IMG/VR virus record: IMGVR_UViG_3300023109_000031
Span: 1 to 55,633 of that record
DNA from: a virus
Taxonomy: Duplodnaviria; Caudoviricetes
Length of the DNA: 55,633 bases
Strand: one strand, 5' to 3'
Under the pieces are notes generated by a model. That model searched no databases, was not told the origin of the DNA, and saw only the letters and a list, made by a program, of their open reading frames with translations. A program made the position numbers and the translations under genes. Positions 9,647 to 18,255 of this stretch are shown here, piece by piece. Within the stretch, counting starts at the first letter, position 1. The number at the start of each line of letters is the position of its first letter.

Positions 9647-9802
9647 ATGCAGACAAACTTTCAACTGATGATCCATCATAACTATAGTTTGGCTGACTTA
9701 GATGGAATGATTCCTTGGGAACGAGAAGTATACGTATCGATGCTTCTTGATTGGTTGAAAGAAGAAAGGCAACGAGTAGAATCGCAGCGAAATAGGAAAT
9801 AA
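9647..9802 (+). CDS. gp51: Baseplate hub assembly catalyst gp51 (possibly the -1 frame extension of gp26)
   Basis: Below ORF cut-off; MQTNFQLMIHHNYSLADLDGMIPWEREVYVSMLL is the gp51 signature; frame is open back to 9605. Confidence 0.85.
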   Translation: MQTNFQLMIHHNYSLADLDGMIPWEREVYVSMLLDWLKEERQRVESQRNRK

Positions 9803-9803
9803 A

Positions 9804-11645
9804 ATGCCAAAAGCTACACCAGTATTTCAAGACATAAAAGCTACGCTTATTGAAGCTAATGAACAAAGGACTGTCACTAATGATCAGGTGATGGAACTTA
9901 ATCAAACGTTCAAAGACATGTATGACATGGAAAAGGGCGCTCAACTAGATGCATTGGAAGCTTCAAGAGAAGCTAGTGCTGCTATCGGTGGCCAACAGGC
10001 CGGATTGCAACAGGCTGCTCAAGGTCTAGCAGATGATACTGAAAAGAAATCTGGTGGCTTTTTAAGTAAACTATTAGGTGGTGGTCTAATGGTAGCTGCA
10101 GGTGCAGCTTTAGCCGCAGTTGTTGCCGGTATCTTGGCTATTATGAAGATGGACGTCGATGGCATTATCGCCAACGTAAAAAAGTTATTCACAATATCTG
10201 ATATGGCCGAAGGTGTCGGTGATGCTCTTAGCAAAGGCGGTAAGTTCTTTATAATTATGACTGCACTTGGTGCTGGCCTCATGGTATTTGGTGTAGGTAG
10301 TGCTGTTGCTGGTGCAGCTGATAAATTCATAGATATGGACGTTGAGTCTATCAAACAGTCTGTTTTACAGTTATTGTCTATTGGTCCTGCAGCAGAAAAA
10401 GATGGTAAGTCATTCATCGGTGAAGGTGCTAAGTTCTTAGTAGCAATGACTGGATTAGGACTGGGTCTTGCTGTATTTGGTGTAGGCTCTGCAATTGCCG
10501 GTATGTCTGACAAATTGTTAGATAAATTCAACGGCGATTTTGCAACAAGCATTAAAAACAATGTTCTAACATTATTGTCTATTGGAAGTGATGTTGAAGC
10601 AAAAGGTGGTTCCTTTATGGGTGATGGTGCTAAGTTCTTACTAGCAATGACAGGTATTGGCCTTGGACTTGCGGTGTTTGGTCTAGGTAGTGCTGTTGCT
10701 GGTATGTCTGATGCTCTCTTAACATATTTTAATAGTGACTTTGCAACAAGCATTAAAAACAATGTTTTGATACTATTATCCATTGGACCTGCTGTTGAAG
10801 AGTTAAGTGGCGGTACTTTCATAGGAGAAAGTGCTAAGTTCTTACTAGCAATGGTAGGTCTTTCGGCTGGTCTGGTTGCTTTTGCGGGTGGACAAGCATT
10901 TGCTGGAATTGTTGACTTCTTTGTAGGTGACCAAGCTACTAAAATGAAAAACAGTGTTATCACACTCATTAGTATTACTGACGGTATGGGTGATGATCCA
11001 GTTTACAAAGCTAATCAATTCAAAACATCGATGACCGTAATTGGTGAAGGATTAAGTAATTTCTCTGGTGGTAAATTTATGTCTGCATTGAAAGATGCAG
11101 GTACTGCTGTCCTTGGATTTTTTGGATTAGGTACTGAATCGCCATTTGATGCGATTATGGGTGTTGCTAGAAATGCTGATGCGCTAAATAAAGGCGCTGA
11201 TGCTGTTGAACGTCTGGCCTTTGCACTCGAAAAGATTGCTCCATTGAATTTTACAGGCAATGTTGCTGGTCAATTACAAGCTCTAGCAAAAGACTTAATG
11301 ATGGCTGTTGCTCCTCTTGAAATGGCTATCAATGGTGGCACACTTCCAAAGTCTCAGGCTGCTAGGCTTGGATTAGGTAGAAAAGATTATGTTTTCAAAG
11401 GATTGTCTAGTCCAGAGCTAAAAATAGACGAGGCTGTAACAACCGTCAATAAAGTAAGACAAATGATAAGTACTATGCTAGGTGAAGCACAGACTGATGT
11501 TGCTAATGCTAATTCCCAGTCAAGCGCTGCTGGTGGCGGAGGTAGTGTAACAACCAACAACATTTCTAATGGCGGTGCCTCTACGATGATTGTGCCTCAA
11601 TCGTCACCATTCAATATGAATGAAACAGCAACAATTTTAAGATAA
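9804..11645 (+). CDS. Tape-measure-like protein (gp29 position)
   Basis: 613 aa, Ala/Gly-rich with hydrophobic ~67-aa repeats; follows gp26/gp51. Confidence 0.7.
   Translation: MPKATPVFQDIKATLIEANEQRTVTNDQVMELNQTFKDMYDMEKGAQLDALEASREASAAIGGQQAGLQQAAQGLADDTEKKSGGFLSKLLGGGLMVAAGAALAAVVAGILAIMKMDVDGIIANVKKLFTISDMAEGVGDALSKGGKFFIIMTALGAGLMVFGVGSAVAGAADKFIDMDVESIKQSVLQLLSIGPAAEKDGKSFIGEGAKFLVAMTGLGLGLAVFGVGSAIAGMSDKLLDKFNGDFATSIKNNVLTLLSIGSDVEAKGGSFMGDGAKFLLAMTGIGLGLAVFGLGSAVAGMSDALLTYFNSDFATSIKNNVLILLSIGPAVEELSGGTFIGESAKFLLAMVGLSAGLVAFAGGQAFAGIVDFFVGDQATKMKNSVITLISITDGMGDDPVYKANQFKTSMTVIGEGLSNFSGGKFMSALKDAGTAVLGFFGLGTESPFDAIMGVARNADALNKGADAVERLAFALEKIAPLNFTGNVAGQLQALAKDLMMAVAPLEMAINGGTLPKSQAARLGLGRKDYVFKGLSSPELKIDEAVTTVNKVRQMISTMLGEAQTDVANANSQSSAAGGGGSVTTNNISNGGASTMIVPQSSPFNMNETATILR
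10230..10990 (+). repeat. Intragenic ~201-nt (67-aa) degenerate tandem repeats
   Basis: GCTAAGTTCTTA at 10428, 10629, 10833; TGCAACAAGCATTAAAAACAATGTT at 10541 and 10742; protein repeat GAKFL.AM.G.G.GLAVFG.GSA.AG. Confidence 0.85.
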
Positions 11646-11670
11646 AAGAAAAGGGAGCCGAAGCTCCCTA
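11645..11670. terminator. Intrinsic terminator between convergent tape-measure and gp32 units
   Basis: AGGGAGC-CGAA-GCTCCCT hairpin (UUCG loop on minus strand) followed by a T-run on the minus strand. Confidence 0.8.
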
Positions 11671-11776
11671 ATCCCCGAACATTCTAGCCTAAGCCGGAAT
11701 GCCGTTCTCCTTTGCGTTATTGCCAACTTTTGTCCGAATCTAATTCAGCGACTAGGCCCACGTGGGGTTGGTATAC

Positions 11777-12673
11777 CTATTCCTCATTAGCGAGCTTAGC
11801 GAAGTAAGACAGTGTGTCTTCCTCATCACCTGCTGACATTGCTGCCGCAGTGATTGGCTCACTTTTGATTTGAGGTTCAGGAGCAGGATCGTTAATGATT
11901 CTTTCCTGTTGAATTGTCGGTGTCCCTGCATTCGCTTCTTCACCAAGTACCCTCATAAGTTTAGCCTGAAGTTCAGAATAAGTCTTATAGTTTTTAGGAT
12001 CAGTGAATTCATTCAAATCGTGCATTTGATTATAGACAGCCTCGAGTTTATCGTCTTCGGCTAATTGCGATTGACTTGAGAACTCCGACTTATCATAGTT
12101 GCGATAACCTTCTACATTACGAATCTTCAATTTGAAGTCTGCACCTTCCCAAAGGTCGAAAGGATTCACTGGGGTTTCGTCTGCAAAGTCAGGTTGCATA
12201 ACATCCATGACTTTGTCAAAGATCTTCTTACCAAACTGGTAAAGGAAGACTTTACCCTCGTTTTGAGGGTTCGAAGGATCGCTTACTACATAGATATTAG
12301 ACACATAGTGAAGCCTACGCTTCTGGCTACGAGCCTTTTCTTTATCCGCATCATGACCAGTATTCCAAAGCTTGGAATTCAACTCACCAACTGGATCGTT
12401 TTGACCGATAGAAGTTAGTGACCGCTCGATATACCATTGGCCTGTTGGCCCTTTGAAACCGTGGTCCCAATACCGTACCCAAGGTAGTTCTGCACCTTCG
12501 ACGGCAGGCAGAAAACGTACAACAGCATAGCCATTACCGGCTTGGTCAACTGTAGGTTTCCAGAATCGTTCGTCGGCATAAGACTTTGTTTCTGTCTTAC
12601 CACCGGCTGCTTCAGCTGCTTGAATAAGCTTACTGATTTGATCTTTATTGCGTTTTAGATTTTCGAATGACAT
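11777..12673 (-). CDS. gp32: Single-stranded DNA-binding protein gp32
   Basis: DERFWKP..D.AGNGYAVVRFLP, HGFKGPTGQWYIE, FGKKIFDK, YRNYDKSEF, acidic tail SYFAKLA. Confidence 0.97.
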   Translation of the reverse strand: MSFENLKRNKDQISKLIQAAEAAGGKTETKSYADERFWKPTVDQAGNGYAVVRFLPAVEGAELPWVRYWDHGFKGPTGQWYIERSLTSIGQNDPVGELNSKLWNTGHDADKEKARSQKRRLHYVSNIYVVSDPSNPQNEGKVFLYQFGKKIFDKVMDVMQPDFADETPVNPFDLWEGADFKLKIRNVEGYRNYDKSEFSSQSQLAEDDKLEAVYNQMHDLNEFTDPKNYKTYSELQAKLMRVLGEEANAGTPTIQQERIINDPAPEPQIKSEPITAAAMSAGDEEDTLSYFAKLANEE

Positions 12674-12710
12674 ATATATTCTCCGTATGTGCTGAAATAT
12701 TAACTGTATT

Positions 12711-12751
12711 ATTATACCATATATTTGTACTAATGTACACCATTATTTATA
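12711..12751 (-). promoter_or_regulatory. Early and late promoters of gp32
   Basis: TGTACA(12734-39)-17-TATAAT(12711-16); TATAAATA 12744-51. Confidence 0.75.
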
Positions 12752-13001
12752 TTGCTTCTAAATCAATAGAATCACTTTCACGAGGTAACCAATTTAGGTT
12801 TTGAGCCTCTACCTCGATTTTACCCTTAATGACAGGAGAAACGAATTTACTCACGTCTTCAGGTTCGATACCATTATTTTCACAGACATGTAGTACTGCT
12901 TCCATATATGGTACCTTCAATTCAATAACCGCTTGTTCAACGATCTTTGAAAATTTCGCTTTTGTTAAGAAATTATTAGCATCTTCTTTGATGTCAGTCA
13001 T
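12747..13001 (-). CDS. gp33: Late-promoter transcription coactivator gp33
   Basis: FSKIVE..V...YMEAVLHVCENNGIEPE..K.IS..K.KIE.EA..LNWLP; start trimmed to MTDIKE. Confidence 0.88.
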   Translation of the reverse strand: MTDIKEDANNFLTKAKFSKIVEQAVIELKVPYMEAVLHVCENNGIEPEDVSKFVSPVIKGKIEVEAQNLNWLPRESDSIDLEAI

Positions 13002-13017
13002 TTTTTTCCTTTCATAC

Positions 13018-14172
13018 TCACTTATCAAACACTCTAAGAATAATAGTATCTTTATTGATACGACCATTAGCATCATATGCTTTAGTAGTTAGTGCCTTCC
13101 ATTCCTTGTCAATCTGATTAGGAGTTTTCTTAAGAGCGATTGGCAAGAATATATCAGGCTTTCTCAACGATTGAGACCTAGACAGTTTTATATCAAAGCC
13201 TTTAATGGTTGAACCACTAACTGTAAATCCAGTACTGCCTTCAACAGCGACTAGTTCAGTAAGCCTTTTATTCTTAACGTTAAAGGTAAGCAGGCGGACA
13301 GCGCCAATAACCAAGACTGGATTAATCGATACAATCTTGAAGTCGTTATCTTCTTTTTTGTATTGCATTCTTGCAACCTGCTTGTCGGCCGCTTTTGGTT
13401 TTGCTATTCTGACACTACGTTTAGCCTTACCTGAAAGCTTAATACGTTCAATGTCAGCAAGCATCTTTTCACATTCGGTTAACCGACGCTTAAGTTCGGT
13501 GCGAGTCAAATGTGAATAACCTTCTACGGCCTGTTCACAACGCTTATGATAAGCATCACCATAATCAAGCAACCACCCACTGATAATACCAGTGATCGCG
13601 GTGGTTGCTGAAGGAGGGAGAGCGTGTCGCTGGAAGGAAACATAAATGTCGAGCACTGCTTTCTCCCCTTCAATCCATTTATCTTCTAAGTCGTCTATGT
13701 CTGCAATGATAGTGCGAGCAATCTTTCGCTCAAGCTTCTGCATTGGAGACAGTGATATTACATTACCAGCTTCTGCAGCCTCTACTTTCTTTTCCGCAAG
13801 AATTTGATTACCGTCAGCAATCATAGCATCGCAGTATCTTTTTAGGCCAGCTTCATAGTCTGCATTAGACTTGCCTTCCCAAGCAAGCTGGCTTTTGTCC
13901 ATCTCACATAAAATCCAATATGCTGTAGCAACATAGTGAGACATTGAGCAAAACTTGTATTCAGGGTTTGCAAGGATAGCCTTAGTGTCATCTTTATTGT
14001 AAGCCTGCTTTATATAGCGCTTCATAATATCAGATGCTTCTTTCTTATCAATTTCCAAATGAAAATATGATAAGACTGCAGGACTAAATCCCTTTTCTAA
14101 AGGGGCTGCTCCAGCACCGGTACGTGCACGAGCTCTTACAGTTTTTTTACGGGTTCTCTTAGGTATTGCCAT
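13018..14172 (-). CDS. Conserved T4-like phage hypothetical protein
   Basis: 384-aa ORF; C-terminal LRKP...NGRINKDTIILRV; upstream of gp33. Confidence 0.7.
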   Translation of the reverse strand: MAIPKRTRKKTVRARARTGAGAAPLEKGFSPAVLSYFHLEIDKKEASDIMKRYIKQAYNKDDTKAILANPEYKFCSMSHYVATAYWILCEMDKSQLAWEGKSNADYEAGLKRYCDAMIADGNQILAEKKVEAAEAGNVISLSPMQKLERKIARTIIADIDDLEDKWIEGEKAVLDIYVSFQRHALPPSATTAITGIISGWLLDYGDAYHKRCEQAVEGYSHLTRTELKRRLTECEKMLADIERIKLSGKAKRSVRIAKPKAADKQVARMQYKKEDNDFKIVSINPVLVIGAVRLLTFNVKNKRLTELVAVEGSTGFTVSGSTIKGFDIKLSRSQSLRKPDIFLPIALKKTPNQIDKEWKALTTKAYDANGRINKDTIILRVFDK

Positions 14173-14357
14173 TATCTATCATTCCACTTAATTAGTTCAT
14201 CATCACCGTTAGAGTCTTTACGAGCCCTGAGGTATCCTTGGTCGATCAGAGTGTCAATGGTTGTCACAATAATCTTATTACGATCGTTGCGACCTAGAAG
14301 ATAAGTGCAATAACACACTATCCCAACTAATAACATTCCGATCAATGGAGTATCCAT
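14172..14357 (-). CDS. Small membrane protein
   Basis: N-terminal hydrophobic helix; TAATG overlaps. Confidence 0.6.
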   Translation of the reverse strand: MDTPLIGMLLVGIVCYCTYLLGRNDRNKIIVTTIDTLIDQGYLRARKDSNGDDELIKWNDR

Positions 14358-14647
14358 TAAGCTGACTTAAATGATTTGATACGATCGAGACGAAATGATC
14401 TCCAATCACCTTTACCTTCACTAGCTTCTAGATCCCATACAACAAGGATGTCTTTATTTTCAGGACGATTACGGTATTTACTGCGACTAAACGGTACGTT
14501 TTCATCAGCAGGTTGTACTGCATCTTTCCTAAGAGTACAAAGCATTTTACGATTAGATCCGTCTGCTTTAGTAAATTCAACTAAGCAATCACTTACAGTC
14601 AAAAGATTAGTACAATCTTCTTTCATTTTTACAAAATCTTTTTCCAT
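14357..14647 (-). CDS. WYL_2/DUF2693-like SH3-fold protein
   Basis: VEFTKADGS.RKMLCTL...VVWDLE...WRSFRLDRI. Confidence 0.75.
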   Translation of the reverse strand: MEKDFVKMKEDCTNLLTVSDCLVEFTKADGSNRKMLCTLRKDAVQPADENVPFSRSKYRNRPENKDILVVWDLEASEGKGDWRSFRLDRIKSFKSA

Positions 14648-14739
14648 TAGTATAGGCCTCCTGTGATAAAGTAGTAGTCAATCAGCGCAAAGGTTAATCC
14701 AAGCACCATTCCATAAAAGAGAATTTTATGTGTAGCCAT
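14647..14739 (-). CDS. 30-aa hydrophobic peptide
   Basis: MATHKILFYGMVLGLTFALIDYYFITGGLY, TAATG-coupled at both ends. Confidence 0.6.
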   Translation of the reverse strand: MATHKILFYGMVLGLTFALIDYYFITGGLY

Positions 14740-14996
14740 TAGTTCCAACCTTCCGTTGATTCGTAAGCAGTTTGATCGGCTAAGCGATCACCGTAATGTT
14801 CGGCAAGATATTTCTCACCATCAGTATAATGAATTTCAGAATCGTTGTCATACTTTGCAGTATTTACGATTTCGTCATCAGCATAATCGATGATTTTAAT
14901 CTTTGCACGACGATCGGCAACTTCTTTGATTAGTAAGTAACGATCTGTGTATTGTTCGTCAGTCATACCGACAACTTTTGATTTTAATAATTTCAT
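14739..14996 (-). CDS. Early hypothetical protein
   Basis: Directly behind early promoter with SD AAGGAAGG. Confidence 0.7.
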   Translation of the reverse strand: MKLLKSKVVGMTDEQYTDRYLLIKEVADRRAKIKIIDYADDEIVNTAKYDNDSEIHYTDGEKYLAEHYGDRLADQTAYESTEGWN

Positions 14997-15002
14997 GGTT
15001 AG

Positions 15003-15128
15003 TTTCCTTCCTTTTCCATTTTATAGTACTATTATACCACAGTTTTAACCAGTTGTACAGGAAAAAATGCATTTATTTGCATTTTTATTTTCAACAAAAT
15101 CAATGGCTTAGCAAAAAAGTTCAAATTA
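15003..15128 (-). promoter_or_regulatory. Early promoter module (long form) with IHF-like site
   Basis: TGTACA(15054-59)-17-TATAAT(15031-36) with TG extension; leader AAAATGGAAAAGGAAGG; AATCAATGGCTTA 15098-15110. Confidence 0.85.
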
Positions 15129-15560
15129 TTTTTTCCAGTTGTAGAAAATATGGCTACCAATTCTAGTAGTTTCTGACTTTTCACTAGCCCATGCTGGTGT
15201 AACATAGTCAGCATGATACCATAAAGCACCATTTACTTGATCAAATACTTGATTATTGAATACTCCCCATGCAACAGTAACTGATTGACGCCAAGCTTCC
15301 TCATCTTTAGGATCGTCTGACTTACCATCGCAATACCAGCTAAATTGGCAACGATGGCGTACTGGAATCTGTTTACTTGGGTCGTCCCATTGTGGTCGTG
15401 TAGGCCCTTGATAGATTACTTCGCATGGACTGTCAGGGTAATACTCTGACTCAACACGATTCATAACAACTTGAGTCACTGCAATTTGACCTGCCATCTC
15501 TTCACTACGAGCTTCATGGTAAACGTTTAGTGCTAAGCACATTATTGCTTCAGCTAACAT
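15126..15560 (-). CDS. Cell wall hydrolase (Hydrolase_2/SleB-like)
   Basis: CLALNVYHEARSE..GQIAV..V.MNRV, CQFSWYCDG, ALWYHADYV.P.W, IGSHIFY. Confidence 0.92.
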   Translation of the reverse strand: MLAEAIMCLALNVYHEARSEEMAGQIAVTQVVMNRVESEYYPDSPCEVIYQGPTRPQWDDPSKQIPVRHRCQFSWYCDGKSDDPKDEEAWRQSVTVAWGVFNNQVFDQVNGALWYHADYVTPAWASEKSETTRIGSHIFYNWKK

Positions 15561-15922
15561 TATCCTCTCCTCATTCTAGCTATTTCTTCGGCGGCTGCTT
15601 TTGAGCTGATAGGGACAGCATTGGATTTATGCATTTGTCCAATACCTTTGATAAGGGTTCCTGTGTATTGCTGTGCAGGCTTTTGTCGTGCGTCGCCGGA
15701 TACATTGTCCGACGTCTTGATTGTTGACCGGCCCTCTGCATAGTTTGGAATCTTGTTGCCACTGTCCTTAACCTTCCCTTTAATTTGATCAGGGTGTACA
15801 CCCCTATCCATAAGCCATTTATCATGCCGCGCTTGTGCTGCAGCATGACCGGGCTTACGATTGACCTTCCGCTTCTTGTTATTTATAGAAGACATGCCTC
15901 GCACGAGGTGCATGCCACTCAT
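15560..15922 (-). CDS. Conserved phage hypothetical protein
   Basis: YTGTLIKGIGQMHKSNAVP motif. Confidence 0.7.
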   Translation of the reverse strand: MSGMHLVRGMSSINNKKRKVNRKPGHAAAQARHDKWLMDRGVHPDQIKGKVKDSGNKIPNYAEGRSTIKTSDNVSGDARQKPAQQYTGTLIKGIGQMHKSNAVPISSKAAAEEIARMRRG

Positions 15923-16095
15923 TAAGAGTATTCCTTTATGCGGATTTGACCCATATCAACTTTTGTAAAGATAGTTTCAAGAAGTTTTTGGCGTGGGCTT
16001 GATGTTTGATTATTCAATAATGCAGTATACTCATTCTGGTATTCAGTGAGTTTTTCCATAGTCATTGAAGACATCATATGTTCAGCTTTTTTCAT
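15922..16095 (-). CDS. 57-aa early hypothetical protein
   Basis: MKKAEHMMSS...IRIKEYS, behind early promoter and SD; TAATG overlap with next gene. Confidence 0.65.
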   Translation of the reverse strand: MKKAEHMMSSMTMEKLTEYQNEYTALLNNQTSSPRQKLLETIFTKVDMGQIRIKEYS

Positions 16096-16100
16096 GGTAT

Positions 16101-16190
16101 AGTTTTCCTTCCTTTTCCATTGTATAGATCTATTCTACCATAAATAGAACCAATTGTACAGGAAAAAATGCATTTATTTGCACTTTTTTT
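16101..16190 (-). promoter_or_regulatory. Early promoter module
   Basis: TGTACA(16155-60)-17-TAGAAT(16132-37); same leader and TGCA elements. Confidence 0.8.
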
Positions 16191-16284
16191 TAATTAATAA
16201 TATATAGATCACTGCCACGTACAGATAAAGGTATAACCATATGGCTACCTTTCACGAATGCACACCACAGTGAATGGAGCTAAT

Positions 16285-16545
16285 ATGACTAACGATATGT
16301 TTGATTTCGGCTTTACAGCCATGGACGAGACGGAGTTAGAGGCCGTTCAACGGACTCAAGAGGCCGTAAATACCGCAGAACAGCAGCTAAATACAGCTCA
16401 AGAGCGGCTTGACACCCTATATAATGCCATTACGCCGCTCTTGAATAACCTAAAAGCCAACCCAGAGAAAGACTACATTTATTGGCCAAATCGGCTTAAA
16501 AAGGTAGAAGACTTTGAGAGTAAAATACAGGAAATTTATCGGTGA
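16285..16545 (+). CDS. Conserved small coiled-coil phage protein
   Basis: FDFGFTAMDE...PLLNNLKANPEKDYIYWPNR; SD GGAG before ATG 16285. Confidence 0.7.
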   Translation: MTNDMFDFGFTAMDETELEAVQRTQEAVNTAEQQLNTAQERLDTLYNAITPLLNNLKANPEKDYIYWPNRLKKVEDFESKIQEIYR

Positions 16546-17423
16546 AGACCGGATTTCGGTCTTCTTTTCAAGTCTGCCATAAGAAACTTACGGTTTGTTT
16601 TGTTAAGACCGGGATGATGGTTATTACCTGCTAATGTTAACCTTCGTCCTTGTGCGTCATATCGTACATCCCAAAAATGAACAACACTATCATTATATTT
16701 AACATAGTCTTTTGCGTGGTTCCATATGCCTTTTTGAAAACCTTCGGTCAAATCTAATTTTTCTCTTGTTGTAAATGAATGGTGAAGCTTTTTAGCTAAC
16801 GTGTCGTGACTTGGCCAGCTCATATGGTTAAGCCTTCGATCAACAAATCCAGAAGATCCTAAACATCTTTCCCACGCATCCTGACTTGTAAACTCGTCAA
16901 AACAAACATTACCTAAGCAACCTTTAACTTCTATGTAAGGGTTGAACATTAGCATTTCGTCTTCAGCAAAGCCAGCAGATGCTATGTATGCAATTCCATT
17001 AGATGCACACGAATAAGCTACTGCAGATGCATATGCATTTAGTTCGAGTGCGTCTACATCATCGTTTTTTAGAAATGCAATATAGCTTTTAATTGCATCG
17101 GCTTCATCACGGTGTAGAACTTTGTCCATATCTCTTAAATGAATGTTTGCATGTTCAGGCTTATCTTTAATAAACCATTTTCTACTACGAGATGTCCAAA
17201 CAATAAAAACATAATCTGATGGCTTCATCTCTTGGAATTTTTCTTTTACTTTCAAATAAGTCCAACTTGCAGCAGTGCCCGGATTACCGTGTACTTCTAA
17301 CTCGTCAACATTTAACATTTCTGCTAATTGTTGCTGATAAGGCGGTTTATAATCCGGGTGATCTCTATAGCCTTCGTGTGGTAACTCAGCATAGCTGTCA
17401 CCAAAAATCCATAATTTACTCAT
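16536..17423 (-). CDS. SGNH/GDSL-like hydrolase-fold protein
   Basis: LWIFGDSY block I, G.PG, NHMS..SH C-terminal His. Confidence 0.65.
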   Translation of the reverse strand: MSKLWIFGDSYAELPHEGYRDHPDYKPPYQQQLAEMLNVDELEVHGNPGTAASWTYLKVKEKFQEMKPSDYVFIVWTSRSRKWFIKDKPEHANIHLRDMDKVLHRDEADAIKSYIAFLKNDDVDALELNAYASAVAYSCASNGIAYIASAGFAEDEMLMFNPYIEVKGCLGNVCFDEFTSQDAWERCLGSSGFVDRRLNHMSWPSHDTLAKKLHHSFTTREKLDLTEGFQKGIWNHAKDYVKYNDSVVHFWDVRYDAQGRRLTLAGNNHHPGLNKTNRKFLMADLKRRPKSGLHR

Positions 17424-17424
17424 T

Positions 17425-17517
17425 CTAATCCTCGTAAATAAAAGGGTCGTTTTTACGGATTTTCTTTAATGCTTTCCGTAGCTTCCACCAACGCCTGAGT
17501 CTAAAAAATAATTTCAT
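17425..17517 (-). CDS. 30-aa basic peptide
   Basis: MKLFFRLRRWWKLRKALKKIRKNDPFIYED; abuts the next start codon. Confidence 0.55.
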   Translation of the reverse strand: MKLFFRLRRWWKLRKALKKIRKNDPFIYED

Positions 17518-17622
17518 ATAGTGTTCTTTCAAAAAAGTAAGGTCTTTCTTGAGGGCACCTTTATTTCCCGCCTAACTTATATATAGGTGTTAGGCCTAAC
17601 CACGTTTATACTCGTAACCTTT

Positions 17623-17696
17623 TGGACACTAGGGCCGGAATCGAACCGGCGTGACTGGAGTTGCAGTCCAGGGCATAACCATTCTGCCACCTAGTG
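17623..17696 (-). tRNA. tRNA-Cys(GCA)
   Basis: CACTAGG/CCTAGTG acceptor, CTGGA-CTGCAAC-TCCAG anticodon arm, GTTCGA T-loop, U73, encoded CCA. Confidence 0.93.
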
Positions 17697-17698
17697 AT

Positions 17699-17775
17699 TG
17701 GTCGGAGATGCTGGATTCGAACCAACGACCCTCTGCTCCCAAAGCAGATGCGCTACCAGCCTGCGCTAATCTCCG
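17699..17775 (-). tRNA. tRNA-Pro(TGG)
   Basis: CGGAGAT acceptor, TCTGC-TTTGGGA-GCAGA, GTTCGAAT, ACCA end. Confidence 0.95.
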
Positions 17776-17780
17776 TTAAT

Positions 17781-17857
17781 TGGCCTGCCCTGCAAGATTC
17801 GAACTTGCGACCCACAGCTTAGAAGGCTGTTGCTCTATCCAGCTGAGCTAAGGGCAG
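17781..17857 (-). tRNA. tRNA-Arg(TCT)
   Basis: CTGCCCT acceptor, ACAGC-CTTCTAA-GCTGT, GTTCGAAT, GCCA end. Confidence 0.95.
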
Positions 17858-17948
17858 ATTGTGTACATTCCGCAACTGCAGGAATGAACTCTGGAAAACA
17901 ATAAAACACAACTATAGTAATTGTGATACCTATCAAAAAATTAAACAT
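17835..17948 (-). CDS. 37-aa hydrophobic peptide whose stop lies inside tRNA-Arg
   Basis: MFNFLIGITITIVVFYCFPEFIPAVAECTQSALSSAG, SD GAAGGAAG. Confidence 0.45.
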   Translation of the reverse strand: MFNFLIGITITIVVFYCFPEFIPAVAECTQSALSSAG

Positions 17949-18157
17949 AATATACTTCCTTCAAAAGAGTGGGGCGGCGGTCACATCATCTATCCCTCTC
18001 GACCTGTTGGCCCGCCCCTTGAGAAGGATAGGGTACATTCTATTTAAGATTACGGTTCCCTGAGTCGTACCAGACTTGTAAACCTCTGAGACTGTCGATC
18101 TTATTAGTGATCTCCCTTATTCAGCCTCTCAATCTTTACCTTCGCTATGTCATAATA

Positions 18158-18255
18158 TTTACTTCCTTTTCCATTTTATAGTACTATTATACCATAGTTC
18201 TTGTCAAAAGTAAAGGAAAAAGTGCATTTTTATTTTCAACAAAATCAACCACTTA
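18158..18255 (-). promoter_or_regulatory. Early promoter module driving the ncRNA/tRNA unit
   Basis: TTTACT(18209-14)-17-TATAAT(18186-91); IHF-like AATCAACCACTTA 18243-55. Confidence 0.85.

Noticed and set aside
10019-10969. 316-aa antisense ORF and other long shadow ORFs (e.g. 3384-3920, 38573-39055)
   Set aside because: Opposite well-supported genes, no SD or motifs; explained by codon bias.
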